This document shows, piece by piece, positions 27,579-37,785 of a DNA stretch of 64,000 bases. Each line of letters starts with the position of its first letter. Within the stretch, counting starts at the first letter, position 1. Location: assembly GCA_032128875.1 (NCBI GenBank), contig JAVLKG010000001.1, forward strand, positions 128,001 through 192,000, written 5' to 3'. The notes beneath the pieces are model-generated. The model searched no databases. It saw only the letters and a list, made by a program, of their open reading frames with translations, and was not told the DNA's origin. The stretch is from Candidatus Melainabacteria bacterium 17Bon1m. GTDB taxonomy: Bacteria > Cyanobacteriota > Vampirovibrionia > Obscuribacterales > Obscuribacteraceae. The translations under genes and the position numbers were made by a program.

Positions 27579-29497
27579 TTCGCTGTTCCTTTCTCTGAAG
27601 TTTCGGCCTTGCTGTTATGATCGGGCTCTGACATCGGAGACGGCAGCAGCGGCGGCTTGTCCTGAGCTTTGTGCTGGCGCTCTACTTCTATTGTTCCAAC
27701 CAACAAGCTCGGCGATGTTGCCGATACCGGAACCCATCCAGACTCAGCTCCGCAAGTTCCGTTGAAGGTGTCGTCATCATCGGCACCACACATGATGCGT
27801 TCTAGAGATGCTAGAGGTGTTCCTACCAGATCTGCGCCGCGCATTAGCTGATCGGGTTTTCCATCAGGAAACACTTTCCAGACTCGCAATGGCAGGAGTT
27901 TATAAACTTGCGGCAAGACAGACTGAGTCATTGTGAAACCCCCGGCGATCTCATCGAAAATCAATCCGTAAGGCTTGCCTTGTTTTTTCACTTCTTCAAT
28001 TAGCATTTCGCGCAATTTTGGATATGGCACGCGTTTTGCACTGTCAATGATGAGATTGGCTTGCCGAGCTACTGGATCGCGACCTGGCGAGCAGCGACCG
28101 TGTCCATTGGATGTGGTGAAATCTTTAATTGGCGAACGTCCCATCAGAAAAGTTTTCAAAACGCCTTTATCAACTAAAGTAACTTTGGTGCCAGGAACGC
28201 CTTCGTCGTCAAACTTGTAATGACCGTTCAGCGCTTTGGCACCAAATCGAACACGTGTCGGGTCGTCGCTCACAGTGACGAATTCCGGCATGATTTGCTG
28301 CCCGACTTTCTTTGCAAATGTTCTGCCTTCATCTTCGCTCTTTTGTCTATGTCCTTCAATGCGATGTCCGAATGTTTCATGGAAGAAAACGCCTGATGCT
28401 TTTGCTTTCAAAATTGCTGGACCAACATATGGTTCTGCTACGGGTGCCGTGCGCAGCGCCACTAAATCTTTCGCCACATCACTCACGAGTTTTTCAAGAT
28501 GAGCTTCGTCAGGTACGTCAGCCAAGGTTGGTGCTTCAATGCCATCATAGAGCGCAAGCCGCATTCCGTCTGCAGCTACGGTCTTCGCAGTCGTGAAAAC
28601 TCGATACTGAATGCGCTCATCTTGTATCTCCGTGCCTTCGCTTGTGACAAGATAGCGTGTTGTTTTGGTGGCAGTGAACTCAACGTTTGCGTCTTCGATG
28701 CCTGGATATGATCGATAGATTTTCGATAAACGCCGGATACGATCTTCCCAGGTTTTTTTATCAACGTTGAGCGACTCACTCATTTTGAATTCTTTCTGCG
28801 GAGTTTCCAGCGAGAAGTCAGCAGAATTGTCTTCTTCCTCAACCTTCACGTCCTTGTTTGCGAGCACCATCATGTATTTCTTTTGAGCGGACTTGAACTC
28901 AGTATCTGTGAGGGCCCAAAGTGCCACGCGCAGAGCATCTTCGTTATCTTCCATCGGCGTAAATTTGAACATCGATCCGCCGCCGGAAAACATGCTACCG
29001 ATATCAAAGCCGCCGCCGCGAACGGGGTGGCTGCTATCACGCTCTGGCGAGCCGACGCGCAAGTCAATGTCTACTACTCGAGTCTTTTGAGGTCTGTTTG
29101 TACCAAGCAATCCTCCGAACGTGCCCTTGATATCAAGGGTTTCGGTGTCATAAATTCTGTAGGCTAGAAAGTAAAGGGGGGCGTTGCCGGCATTCTTCAG
29201 TTTGCTGAATGAACGGTCCAGCTCTTTGCGCATTGCGCGGAGAACGACACGGTTGTCAGCTTTGCCACCTGTCGAATGCGAATTTGAGGCCTTGAAATTC
29301 GTAGATTTGGCTTTCTGCGCCTTCTCTTGCGGCGCCTTGGCGGTCGGTTGCTTTTCTGCGGGCTGCTTGTCCGTCGCTTGTGAGTTTGGTTGCTTTGTTT
29401 GTTTTTGGGGGGCCCCGTAAGCTGCCAAACTCAACGAAATAGCTAATGTTGCTAGCGTCAAAGATAGGCTAGTGCGCGCGCGAAAGGTTCCGTTCAT
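27575..29497 (-). CDS. tldD: TldD-family metalloprotease with signal peptide
   Basis: FFHETFGHRIEG, DDP, FDDEGV, SNGHGR and CGAESGWVPVS motifs. Overlaps the downstream partner gene by 4 bp. Confidence 0.88.
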   Translation of the reverse strand: MNGTFRARTSLSLTLATLAISLSLAAYGAPQKQTKQPNSQATDKQPAEKQPTAKAPQEKAQKAKSTNFKASNSHSTGGKADNRVVLRAMRKELDRSFSKLKNAGNAPLYFLAYRIYDTETLDIKGTFGGLLGTNRPQKTRVVDIDLRVGSPERDSSHPVRGGGFDIGSMFSGGGSMFKFTPMEDNEDALRVALWALTDTEFKSAQKKYMMVLANKDVKVEEEDNSADFSLETPQKEFKMSESLNVDKKTWEDRIRRLSKIYRSYPGIEDANVEFTATKTTRYLVTSEGTEIQDERIQYRVFTTAKTVAADGMRLALYDGIEAPTLADVPDEAHLEKLVSDVAKDLVALRTAPVAEPYVGPAILKAKASGVFFHETFGHRIEGHRQKSEDEGRTFAKKVGQQIMPEFVTVSDDPTRVRFGAKALNGHYKFDDEGVPGTKVTLVDKGVLKTFLMGRSPIKDFTTSNGHGRCSPGRDPVARQANLIIDSAKRVPYPKLREMLIEEVKKQGKPYGLIFDEIAGGFTMTQSVLPQVYKLLPLRVWKVFPDGKPDQLMRGADLVGTPLASLERIMCGADDDDTFNGTCGAESGWVPVSATSPSLLVGTIEVERQHKAQDKPPLLPSPMSEPDHNSKAETSEKGTAK

Positions 29498-29622
29498 TTA
29501 CGCCTCGGGTAGGTTCTATAAATGGTTACTACCACTAAAGACATAACGAAAAACCCTACTTGAATCTCTTTTCTCATGGTAGAAATGATGCGGAGTAGCT
29601 CTTGAGACAGTGGATTAGGGTA

Positions 29623-30768
29623 ATGGCGAGGACCGCAATAGTAATTGGCGCAGGTTTGGGCGGGCTTTCTGCGGCAATCGCACTAACTCAAGTCGGCTAC
29701 AAAGTCGATGTATACGAGCGATCGCAAGAATTGAAAGAGGTCGGCGCCGGCATCGTTCTCTACCCTAATGCGATAAATGCGCTTCGGAAGCTAGGAGTGT
29801 ACGACGCTGTTGCGGCAGCGGGTAGTTTTGGAAGGCACGGAAAGTATATGACCTCCAAAGGGGAAACCCTTGTGGAGATTGACTTGATGGATGTTGGATT
29901 GGACAAAGAATCAATTGCAATCCACCGCGCTGACTTACAACACGCTTTAGCTGACAAGTTTGGTCGCGAGAAAATCCATCTCGGTATGCCTTTGACGAGT
30001 TTTGAAGACAATGGAAGAGTTACGGCGCACTTTCCTAACGGATCATTTGCAACCGCTGACTTGCTTGTTGGCGCGGATGGACTGCATTCAGTTGTTCGTC
30101 GCCAGTATCTCAAAGACGGTGATCCGCAATATGCAAACTGTTTTGCGTGGCGCGGCGTGGTGACTGGTGAATTCGAAGGACTTCCCGACGAGAGTGGGTT
30201 GCTGATCTTTGGTGCTGGATTGCAGTTTGGTGCCATGCGCATTGGTCAAGGGCGCGTGTATTGGTTCGGCGCTGTTGCCGACAAGAAGGGCGCGCAGGGC
30301 AGAACGAGTAAGAAAGACGTACTCGAGCGATTTCAAAATTGGACCGCACCAGTCCCGCAGTTAATCAATGCGACTGCTCAAGAAGCGTTGCTTACTCACG
30401 ACCTCTACGATCGAAAGCCAACCTACAATTGGGGACATGGTGCGATTACATTACTCGGAGATGCCGCGCATCCGATGGTGCCTTACATGGGTCAGGGTGG
30501 CTGTCAGGCATTGGAGGATAGTATCGCCCTTGGTGCGTCTCTGAAAGAACCGCCTTCAATAGCGGCCGGTTTGCGCAAATACGAAAATCTTCGCAAACAG
30601 CGAACAGCGAATTTCGTTATTCAATCTCGCAGATCGATGAATGCTTCGATGACTAAGAATCCGGTCATCATCGCATTTCGCGATTTTATCTTCAGCAAAA
30701 TGCCAAGCAAAGTTCTACTGCAAAACCTGCACACTCTCAGCAGTTACGACCAGCTGGATTTAGATTAG
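29623..30768 (+). CDS. FAD-dependent monooxygenase (aromatic hydroxylase family)
   Basis: IVIGAGLGGL, VGADGLHSVVR and LLGDAAHPM.P..GQG motifs. Confidence 0.92.
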   Translation: MARTAIVIGAGLGGLSAAIALTQVGYKVDVYERSQELKEVGAGIVLYPNAINALRKLGVYDAVAAAGSFGRHGKYMTSKGETLVEIDLMDVGLDKESIAIHRADLQHALADKFGREKIHLGMPLTSFEDNGRVTAHFPNGSFATADLLVGADGLHSVVRRQYLKDGDPQYANCFAWRGVVTGEFEGLPDESGLLIFGAGLQFGAMRIGQGRVYWFGAVADKKGAQGRTSKKDVLERFQNWTAPVPQLINATAQEALLTHDLYDRKPTYNWGHGAITLLGDAAHPMVPYMGQGGCQALEDSIALGASLKEPPSIAAGLRKYENLRKQRTANFVIQSRRSMNASMTKNPVIIAFRDFIFSKMPSKVLLQNLHTLSSYDQLDLD

Positions 30769-32366
30769 GATTCAGCTAGAAATTTGCAAATATCAGCATA
30801 AACCTTCTTGCCGCCCCAGGTTGGGGGAGTCTTCACCCACTCACGTGCAGCACTCCGCACCTCTTCATTGTTAGGTAATTTTTGCAATAGGGTGAACATA
30901 AGGGTGCCGACTTCTAAATATTGTGTGTGCCACTTCCGGTAAAGCCGCTTTGTTTTGACAATTGTTAGTGCATTCGAAATGAGTTCTGGATCTGTTAGAT
31001 TGCTTAGTTGTGAAAGCGACCAAGCTATGTTCGATACATCCGAATGTTTTAGCGCTGTTTTGACTCTATTCAGGTCTTCTAACTTTTGCGTCATTTGGTA
31101 GATTTCAGTTGCAACAACTAATGCACCATTTCTAGTTGGCGTTTGGTCAAGCCAAAATCTCGTGATCTGCAACCATTGATCGTCGAAATCCATGTGCTCT
31201 ATTCCAATTAGTCTTGCAGTCTGCTCTGATAAATGAGAAACACCAGAAGCTTCTAAGGCAACTACTTTTGTGTGCCGTTTCCCGCTTCGTACTCCGAGTG
31301 ATTTTTCTTCAGTACGTTCGAAAGCCTTGATTACGCGATTTCTAATTTTGTGTTTTGGATGACTCTGCAACCAACTCTCTACCAGCTCCCTAGAAGACTC
31401 GGGAAGCGGATACCTGCTGGTTTCAAACAAGCGAATAAAAATTTCAAATCTTTGTTCTGTAATTTCTTTGGATTTCAACCAGTCCCACAGGTTGCCAGCG
31501 ACGTCATCGTTAACGAAAAACTTTCTGGTGTTTAAAAACAATTCCTTAGCGAGAGGAGTGTTGAAGTTGATTTCCATCCAATCGCAGATTATTTCGACGC
31601 CTCTAGGATACTGCTCAAGGAGCTCTTGCATAAATTCCAGTGGTCTTGCGTCTTTTGGGGCCTCGCTGAAGAACGCGTGGATTGAATCGATACTTCCTTC
31701 CAAATCTACTTGAGCAAGTGCTTCCAAAATAAAGCGTTTTTCCCAATCTCTTAGTGCCGAAGTCAGTTTCTGTTTGCCGACTGAAATTAATTGTTGGTCT
31801 GATGTATGTTCAATTAATGACTTCAGAAGAAAAACATTGAAATTAAGTTCGAGCGATTGTTTTGCATTCGCAATCAAGTCTGTCGTTTGGTCTATCTCTA
31901 GTAAAGCACTGATTGCTTGCTGCGAATCATAGTCGCTCAAGTCGCACTGTTCTACCCATTCCCTAGCATTCGGTATTAGCAATTCGTGTCTAAAGTCGCG
32001 TAATACTTCAGTCCAAAGTTCAGCAGCAGCCGGATTTGTTGGATTGTTGATTAGCAGTCTGAGTATGTACTCGAATCTTCGAAGCGAGACATTACGCCAG
32101 TCTTGCAAATATGCAAAAGCAAAGCTCCATGAGTTGGTCTTTGCCCATTCACTAAGCCAATCTAGTTCATTTACCATCGCAGAATGACTAAAGACTTTTT
32201 CCAGTATCTTATTTGTGGCTTTGTTGGTAGGTTTTTGTTTTTTCAACCATGCAATTGCAGTCGCGACGTTTTCGTCGCTGAAATCATCTTCTAAAAGAGT
32301 GAGCAGTGTTTTGGCGTTCATGTACAGAGCCTGGAAAATCTCAACAGCGGCACAAAGTAAGAGCAT
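30765..32366 (-). CDS. Hypothetical alpha-helical repeat-like protein
   Basis: 533-aa ORF with recurring W-L helices and no recognisable motif. The start may be ATG 32321. Confidence 0.7.
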   Translation of the reverse strand: MLLLCAAVEIFQALYMNAKTLLTLLEDDFSDENVATAIAWLKKQKPTNKATNKILEKVFSHSAMVNELDWLSEWAKTNSWSFAFAYLQDWRNVSLRRFEYILRLLINNPTNPAAAELWTEVLRDFRHELLIPNAREWVEQCDLSDYDSQQAISALLEIDQTTDLIANAKQSLELNFNVFLLKSLIEHTSDQQLISVGKQKLTSALRDWEKRFILEALAQVDLEGSIDSIHAFFSEAPKDARPLEFMQELLEQYPRGVEIICDWMEINFNTPLAKELFLNTRKFFVNDDVAGNLWDWLKSKEITEQRFEIFIRLFETSRYPLPESSRELVESWLQSHPKHKIRNRVIKAFERTEEKSLGVRSGKRHTKVVALEASGVSHLSEQTARLIGIEHMDFDDQWLQITRFWLDQTPTRNGALVVATEIYQMTQKLEDLNRVKTALKHSDVSNIAWSLSQLSNLTDPELISNALTIVKTKRLYRKWHTQYLEVGTLMFTLLQKLPNNEEVRSAAREWVKTPPTWGGKKVYADICKFLAES

Positions 32367-32470
32367 CCTTAATGTGCTGACTGTCGTTGCGCCCGTTTGA
32401 CAATGAGGTTTGGTAAACTCTTAGCTACTTGCCAGTATAAAGCAAGTGACAGGGTTTTACAGGTAGTCAA

Positions 32471-34174
32471 TTGGTAGCGGGAGCATTAATCATGTCGGTT
32501 TCATCGAATTGGTGGAGCGGGAGAAAACTGTCAGTGGCCGCGGTTGCAGCCATGATTTCCATGCAGTGCGTTCCTGTTCTAGCAGAAGGCGAGAGCGCGA
32601 GCGCGAGCGCCTCCCCTGAGATGCCGTCCGAGAAGCCACCCGTGGAATTCGACGCCGTCTACAAACCTGCGATCACTGGCGCTAAGAAAGCATTGAAAGA
32701 AAAGCTCGATAAGCTCACGAAGACTGACGCAGATGCGGCGTCGGAGGCTGCATCAAAATTGGCCGCGTGTGAATTTGCGGAAGAAGATTTCAAATCTGCA
32801 GCTCTGCATCTCAATCAAGCGCTAAAGCTATTGTCGGACAAGGGTCCCGATCACAATGCAAGACTTGTTGGACTGCACAAGCACCTAGGAGACTGCGAAA
32901 TCATCGAGGGGCGCGTTGCACCAGCAATCCAACACTACGAGACTGCAGCGAAATTCTTGCCTACACTCGAGCCCAGATCTCCCCTGCGAAAGAAGGTTTT
33001 GCGTGGGTTGGGCGATGCCTACTTGCGCGAGAAGAATTACGCAAAAGCTGTTGATACGTTTAAGTCGCTCTATGACTATCAAAAGGAAACAAACGACCCT
33101 TCGATAGGTTGGACCGCTGTAAGTTTGCGCGATGCTTACGAACAGATGGGACAGAAGAAGGAAGCAGATCGATACTTTGAAATTTCCTCTGATGCATTTC
33201 GACCACTCGTAAAGAATGCGGGATTTCACAAACAGGATCACAATGTCTCGCAAGTGCCTCTGGATTTGTGGGAAGCCTTGGAGGTAGAGCCAGAGTCTGC
33301 GCCGGCGATTTCTTGGGAACCGCCGGACGGAAAGAAGCCGTGGGCAGTGTTGTTATGCATTCATGGAATGGGGCTGCATAAATCAGCGTATGAAGCGTTT
33401 GGCAAAGCGATGTCGCGCCGCGGTGTAACAGTGTTTGCGCTGGATGTTCGCGGTTTTGGTTCTTGGTGCAAGTTAGACCGGCCGAAAGTGAATTTCGAAT
33501 TGGCTGAGTCGGACATTTCACACGTCGCTGCGATGTTGAAAGGTGGTTTGCCTGATGTTCCGATTTTCCTGCTTGGAGAATCGATGGGTGGTGCTATCGC
33601 TCTGCAATCTGCAATTAGCTGCAAGGATGCTGTCGGCGTCATATCTTCTGTTCCGGCAGCTGATAGATACAATGGTACGAAGACCAAAATGAAAGTTGCC
33701 TGGAAAGTCATCGTTGGTTCGAAAAATGACTACGACATAACAAAGGATGTGATCGAGAAAGTCAGTCACGATGAGCGACTCGTCGATGAGTGGAAGAGAG
33801 ATCGAGAAGCCCGCTTTAAGCTGGGCACTGACGAATTGATAAAGTTTGATGCGTTTATGAAGAACACAAAAGAGAAGTGTCAGAAGCTCGACAAACCTGT
33901 ATTGATTGTACAGGGCGGGGCAGACCCATTGGTAAAACCTGCAAGTACAATCGAGCTATATGATGCGATTAAGACCAAGGACAAAACTCTTATCATCATG
34001 GGCTTCAAAGAACATTTGATTTTCGAGAACGAACAGTTCTTTCCGATGATGCTAGAAGGTGTGACGAATTGGTTGCGTGCTCATAGCGGCTTGGATAGCG
34101 CACCGCCGTGGATGCAAAAGGAGTTGCCTGCGAAAATTCAGAGTCCCGTTGAGAACACGAATTCAGCTAACTAA
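32471..34174 (+). CDS. Exported TPR plus alpha/beta hydrolase (lysophospholipase/monoglyceride lipase-like)
   Basis: Signal-like N-terminus, TPR helices, HGMG, DVRGFG, GESMGG, QGGADPLV and a C-terminal His. Confidence 0.88.
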   Translation: MVAGALIMSVSSNWWSGRKLSVAAVAAMISMQCVPVLAEGESASASASPEMPSEKPPVEFDAVYKPAITGAKKALKEKLDKLTKTDADAASEAASKLAACEFAEEDFKSAALHLNQALKLLSDKGPDHNARLVGLHKHLGDCEIIEGRVAPAIQHYETAAKFLPTLEPRSPLRKKVLRGLGDAYLREKNYAKAVDTFKSLYDYQKETNDPSIGWTAVSLRDAYEQMGQKKEADRYFEISSDAFRPLVKNAGFHKQDHNVSQVPLDLWEALEVEPESAPAISWEPPDGKKPWAVLLCIHGMGLHKSAYEAFGKAMSRRGVTVFALDVRGFGSWCKLDRPKVNFELAESDISHVAAMLKGGLPDVPIFLLGESMGGAIALQSAISCKDAVGVISSVPAADRYNGTKTKMKVAWKVIVGSKNDYDITKDVIEKVSHDERLVDEWKRDREARFKLGTDELIKFDAFMKNTKEKCQKLDKPVLIVQGGADPLVKPASTIELYDAIKTKDKTLIIMGFKEHLIFENEQFFPMMLEGVTNWLRAHSGLDSAPPWMQKELPAKIQSPVENTNSAN

Positions 34175-35805
34175 CTCTTCCGTTTCTCGGCAAGCATGTG
34201 AGATATCGGCGGCGGGCCATCTCCGAGGTGAAACTCGTTAGCGCGTTTTTCAGCGTTGTTGTCGTCTACGGTTCCGCGCTGCATGTGCCTCCTGTATTCG
34301 CCCCAGTTTTCGACAAAGAAGGTCTCGACATATCTTCCTGCTTTTCCAAGATCTCCGAATAGATACCACTGGTAGGCACCATTTCGTCGTCGTAAGATTT
34401 CGAGCCCTGCCATTGTCTGACGAAATTCGGACATCCGCTCCGGATCGATCAAATACTCAACAGTGACGAGCACCGGACCATGATCCGGGTGCGGGTCTTT
34501 GATGATGTTTGGCTCTGGTGCGCGGGGTGTACGAAGGTCGGTGTTTTCCGAAGATATGACTTTGAACGGCGCAGAGCAGACTGTGCCGATGGCGAGAAGC
34601 GCAGCTGCAGTAAGCAGTGTCATCGGCATGCTTGTGTATGATGCGAATGTCCCCCACACCAAGCTGCCTCCAGCGAGACAACCTTGGAATGTGAATAGGA
34701 AGACAGCAATTGCTCGCGCACGCACCCACGCCGGAACAGAAGTAAGAACTCCGGCGTTTAGCGCAGCATTGACCATGATCCAAACAAGTCCGGCGAAGAA
34801 CATTGCCACGCAAGCAAGGACAAAACTATGAATGAAAGGGAGCGCGCCCATTGTACATGCGAAAATCAGAGCACTCACCATGAACAATAAGTCCATTGAA
34901 AGATGCTTTCGTGCTAAGGGGATTATCGTCGCACCTAGCAAATTACCGATGCCAAACAGACTTAGAACTATCCCGTATTGAGCTGCATTGAGTCCATATT
35001 GCTGTTTTGCCATTAGCGGCAAGAAAGACCAAACAGCGCTTGCACATGCGACGAAAACAATTGTCTTGATTATTACTGCGCGCAGCGCTTCTGAGTGGCG
35101 AACATATCGCATACCCGCCTTCATTGCACCTACAACGCGTTCTGCCGGCAGGTAGTTGTCCTTCGGTGCAGGTTTCCACCAGAGAAGTGCGGCAAGCATC
35201 GCTATCATTGTTGCCGCATTTATAAGTATCGCAGAGCCTGGTCCGGAGCCGCTGACGACTGCGCCACCTAATGCTGCTCCTATGCCGCGGCAGAAATTAA
35301 AACTTGCTGCATTAAGTGCTATCGCATTTTCAAGTTCTTCTCGTGGTACCAATTCTGGTGCCAGCGCATTCCAGGCTGGCGAATACATCGCCCAGCCTAA
35401 GCCGACGAGGAAAAGCAGAAGCAGCAGCATCCAAGAGGTCATGACACCATTGATTGTAAGTAGTCCGAGAATTATTACGCCCACAAAAACCCATACTTGT
35501 GCACACAGAAGTACTGTGCGGCGATTGAAAATGTCTGCGATTGCACCGGCAGGCAACGAAAGCAAAACGAACGGCAAGTAGATAGCAGTCTGTAATAGTG
35601 CCACCATCATCGGTTCTGGCGCAAGCGAGGTCATCAGCCAGGCTACCGCAATGTCTTGCATCCAGCCGCCTAGCAAAATTGCAATGTTGCCCATCATGAG
35701 GATGCGAAACGCCGGATGTTTCAACGGCGCCCATACAGATTTTGTTGGTGCCTTGCCGCTATCAGGTATTGATGCTGCGTCGGGACTAGTCACGATGTTT
35801 TCCAT
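34171..35805 (-). CDS. MFS transporter with C-terminal soluble alpha/beta domain
   Basis: About 12 TM segments, AGAIADIFNRR motif, C-terminal GPVLVTVEY...RRRNGA. Confidence 0.92.
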   Translation of the reverse strand: MENIVTSPDAASIPDSGKAPTKSVWAPLKHPAFRILMMGNIAILLGGWMQDIAVAWLMTSLAPEPMMVALLQTAIYLPFVLLSLPAGAIADIFNRRTVLLCAQVWVFVGVIILGLLTINGVMTSWMLLLLLFLVGLGWAMYSPAWNALAPELVPREELENAIALNAASFNFCRGIGAALGGAVVSGSGPGSAILINAATMIAMLAALLWWKPAPKDNYLPAERVVGAMKAGMRYVRHSEALRAVIIKTIVFVACASAVWSFLPLMAKQQYGLNAAQYGIVLSLFGIGNLLGATIIPLARKHLSMDLLFMVSALIFACTMGALPFIHSFVLACVAMFFAGLVWIMVNAALNAGVLTSVPAWVRARAIAVFLFTFQGCLAGGSLVWGTFASYTSMPMTLLTAAALLAIGTVCSAPFKVISSENTDLRTPRAPEPNIIKDPHPDHGPVLVTVEYLIDPERMSEFRQTMAGLEILRRRNGAYQWYLFGDLGKAGRYVETFFVENWGEYRRHMQRGTVDDNNAEKRANEFHLGDGPPPISHMLAEKRKS

Positions 35806-37678
35806 TTTGTGGCTGGCCTACTTGCAGATTGTAAGGCTTGAACTTAAGCCTATACAGTTCGAAGTCAGCATTCGGGTCCGCGAATACGCAAACGAATATC
35901 GGGCGGTGCTGGTAGTGTTCTGCGCAGAAGTCTGCAAAGAGCTGATTTGTTTTCTGGTCACTCACGAAATAGACGTTTTGTGATTTGCAGGCATCGAGTA
36001 GGCTGCTAATGCCGTGGTTTTCCAGCATGTCGTAGCCATTTGGAAGTATTCCCCACAGCCCGGTTCTGTAAATATCAAATCTAGAAAAATAGTTGCGAAG
36101 GTTTTGAAACGGCCGCATGTATTGATATGGTGCCGCTGTGCCGAGCACAATGTATAGATGACCGGGCTGCGGATTTAGTCTTCGAATAGCCTTAGTTATG
36201 CGTGCTAACTTATCGTTGTAATAAGCTACATCAGAGTGCAATGTACCAACAGTCAAATAAGTAAACCAGCCTGCAGCGACGCACAAACCAGCGATGATCG
36301 CAATCTTCTTTGGTTTTTCCAGCTGATGTGCTTTTGCGATAATGCACTTCATCTTTTGCCTGTCAATGAAGACAAATAGCGTGGTCATGGCGCAAGTCAT
36401 AAGTGTTAGATGCAGTCGCGGCGGAAGCTTCATCCAGAATGATAGGTAAAAGATTAGCGATGAAACACCGACAAACCATACCAGTAATCTTGGTTTGCTC
36501 ATAATTTGAACATCCAGTAATGGCATCAAAAGCAGGCACAGAAGCGAAAGTGGAAGAATGTGTGTCTTCAGAGTTGATTGAAGTTTTGCGCCTGTGAATG
36601 GTAATTGTGCTTTCTCCTCTGCTTGTGAAAGCATCTCAGTAGTGAAAATTTGGCGGTCCGCTACAAAATACTGTTTCACCAGAGCGAAATCGTTTTCGCT
36701 GAGTTTTATACCGCTCTGGTACGCCCGATCCGAGTCTGCAATGTTACTAAATGGTTTGAAAAATTCGCGAACACCAGTGAAGACGGGCTGCGTATCGTAA
36801 TAGAGGTTGTTGGCGATTTTAAGACCGCCTCCGATCGACGCCGCTATAGCAAAGCATATGAGCGGTTTTGAATTGCGTTTTAGAATTTGGGTGTTCCATG
36901 GTGCAATTGCAATTGCCGTGATCACGCAAAAGAATATGACGAGCATGAAAGTTTCGAAGCGCAACATCGATGCAGAGATTATTGCTATCGCGGCTGCGAC
37001 GAGAGCTCTCTGTGGAAAGTTTTTTGCCGAAAACCTTCCTGTCAAAGGAAGGCAGCATGCCATAAGAAAGCCGGCCTGCGTCAGTAGTGCTGCGACGCTC
37101 GTGTATTGAAGCCCATTAACAATGAAGACGCCAAAGAGTATGTAGTATGTGAGAAAGAGTGCGGCTCCCACCGCTCTGTTGAAACGTAGCATTAGGACAG
37201 TGGCGAAAATTGAAAAAGCAAATATCAGCGCGCCGAAAAGATAGATTGAATACCAAGGAACATTGGGCAGAATTTTGAACATCCACATCAGCGGATAGGT
37301 TATTAGAACGTTGGAAAACCACGTCAAATAGGTTGGCGAATGCGTCAGCCCAACTCCGGAAAGAAGAAGCGTGAAATTTATATCGTCGACTGTTTCGAAG
37401 TGCGAGGGGAAGATGAGCTGAGTAATGACAGTGCAAGACGCCGCCAGTAGAGTCGCGTGAGTAAGGACTGTGCGAATCGATTGCTTCTTAATATCAGGGA
37501 TTTTGTAGTGTATTCGTGCCGGTTTTTGTCCGGCTGAATTCGACTCGCTCATGAGCGATAATGCTCCAACGAACCGCAAACCGGGAGTATCTGGGATTCT
37601 CGCATGCTCGATTTTAGCACTCTGAACAGGCGGATTCATATAGCGAAAGGTATATTTTTCTCTCGAATTTTGGGGCAA
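35786..37678 (-). CDS. Polytopic membrane protein, possibly a GT-C fold glycosyltransferase
   Basis: FETVDD acidic motif after the first TM helix, many further TM helices and a soluble C-terminus. Start uncertain. Confidence 0.65.
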   Translation of the reverse strand: MPQNSREKYTFRYMNPPVQSAKIEHARIPDTPGLRFVGALSLMSESNSAGQKPARIHYKIPDIKKQSIRTVLTHATLLAASCTVITQLIFPSHFETVDDINFTLLLSGVGLTHSPTYLTWFSNVLITYPLMWMFKILPNVPWYSIYLFGALIFAFSIFATVLMLRFNRAVGAALFLTYYILFGVFIVNGLQYTSVAALLTQAGFLMACCLPLTGRFSAKNFPQRALVAAAIAIISASMLRFETFMLVIFFCVITAIAIAPWNTQILKRNSKPLICFAIAASIGGGLKIANNLYYDTQPVFTGVREFFKPFSNIADSDRAYQSGIKLSENDFALVKQYFVADRQIFTTEMLSQAEEKAQLPFTGAKLQSTLKTHILPLSLLCLLLMPLLDVQIMSKPRLLVWFVGVSSLIFYLSFWMKLPPRLHLTLMTCAMTTLFVFIDRQKMKCIIAKAHQLEKPKKIAIIAGLCVAAGWFTYLTVGTLHSDVAYYNDKLARITKAIRRLNPQPGHLYIVLGTAAPYQYMRPFQNLRNYFSRFDIYRTGLWGILPNGYDMLENHGISSLLDACKSQNVYFVSDQKTNQLFADFCAEHYQHRPIFVCVFADPNADFELYRLKFKPYNLQVGQPQNGKHRD

Positions 37679-37785
37679 CTTCTCGTATCATGTAGGTGTT
37701 CCTGCATTTCTCTGAAGTGAGTCGCTTTGAGCGATTCTGAAATGTCCGATGATGCCCAGCCCAAAATGGATTTCTCTGTTCGATT

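Noticed and set aside
32588-32612. GCGAGC short tandem repeat
   Set aside because: Encodes a low-complexity Ser-Ala linker and shows no further signal.
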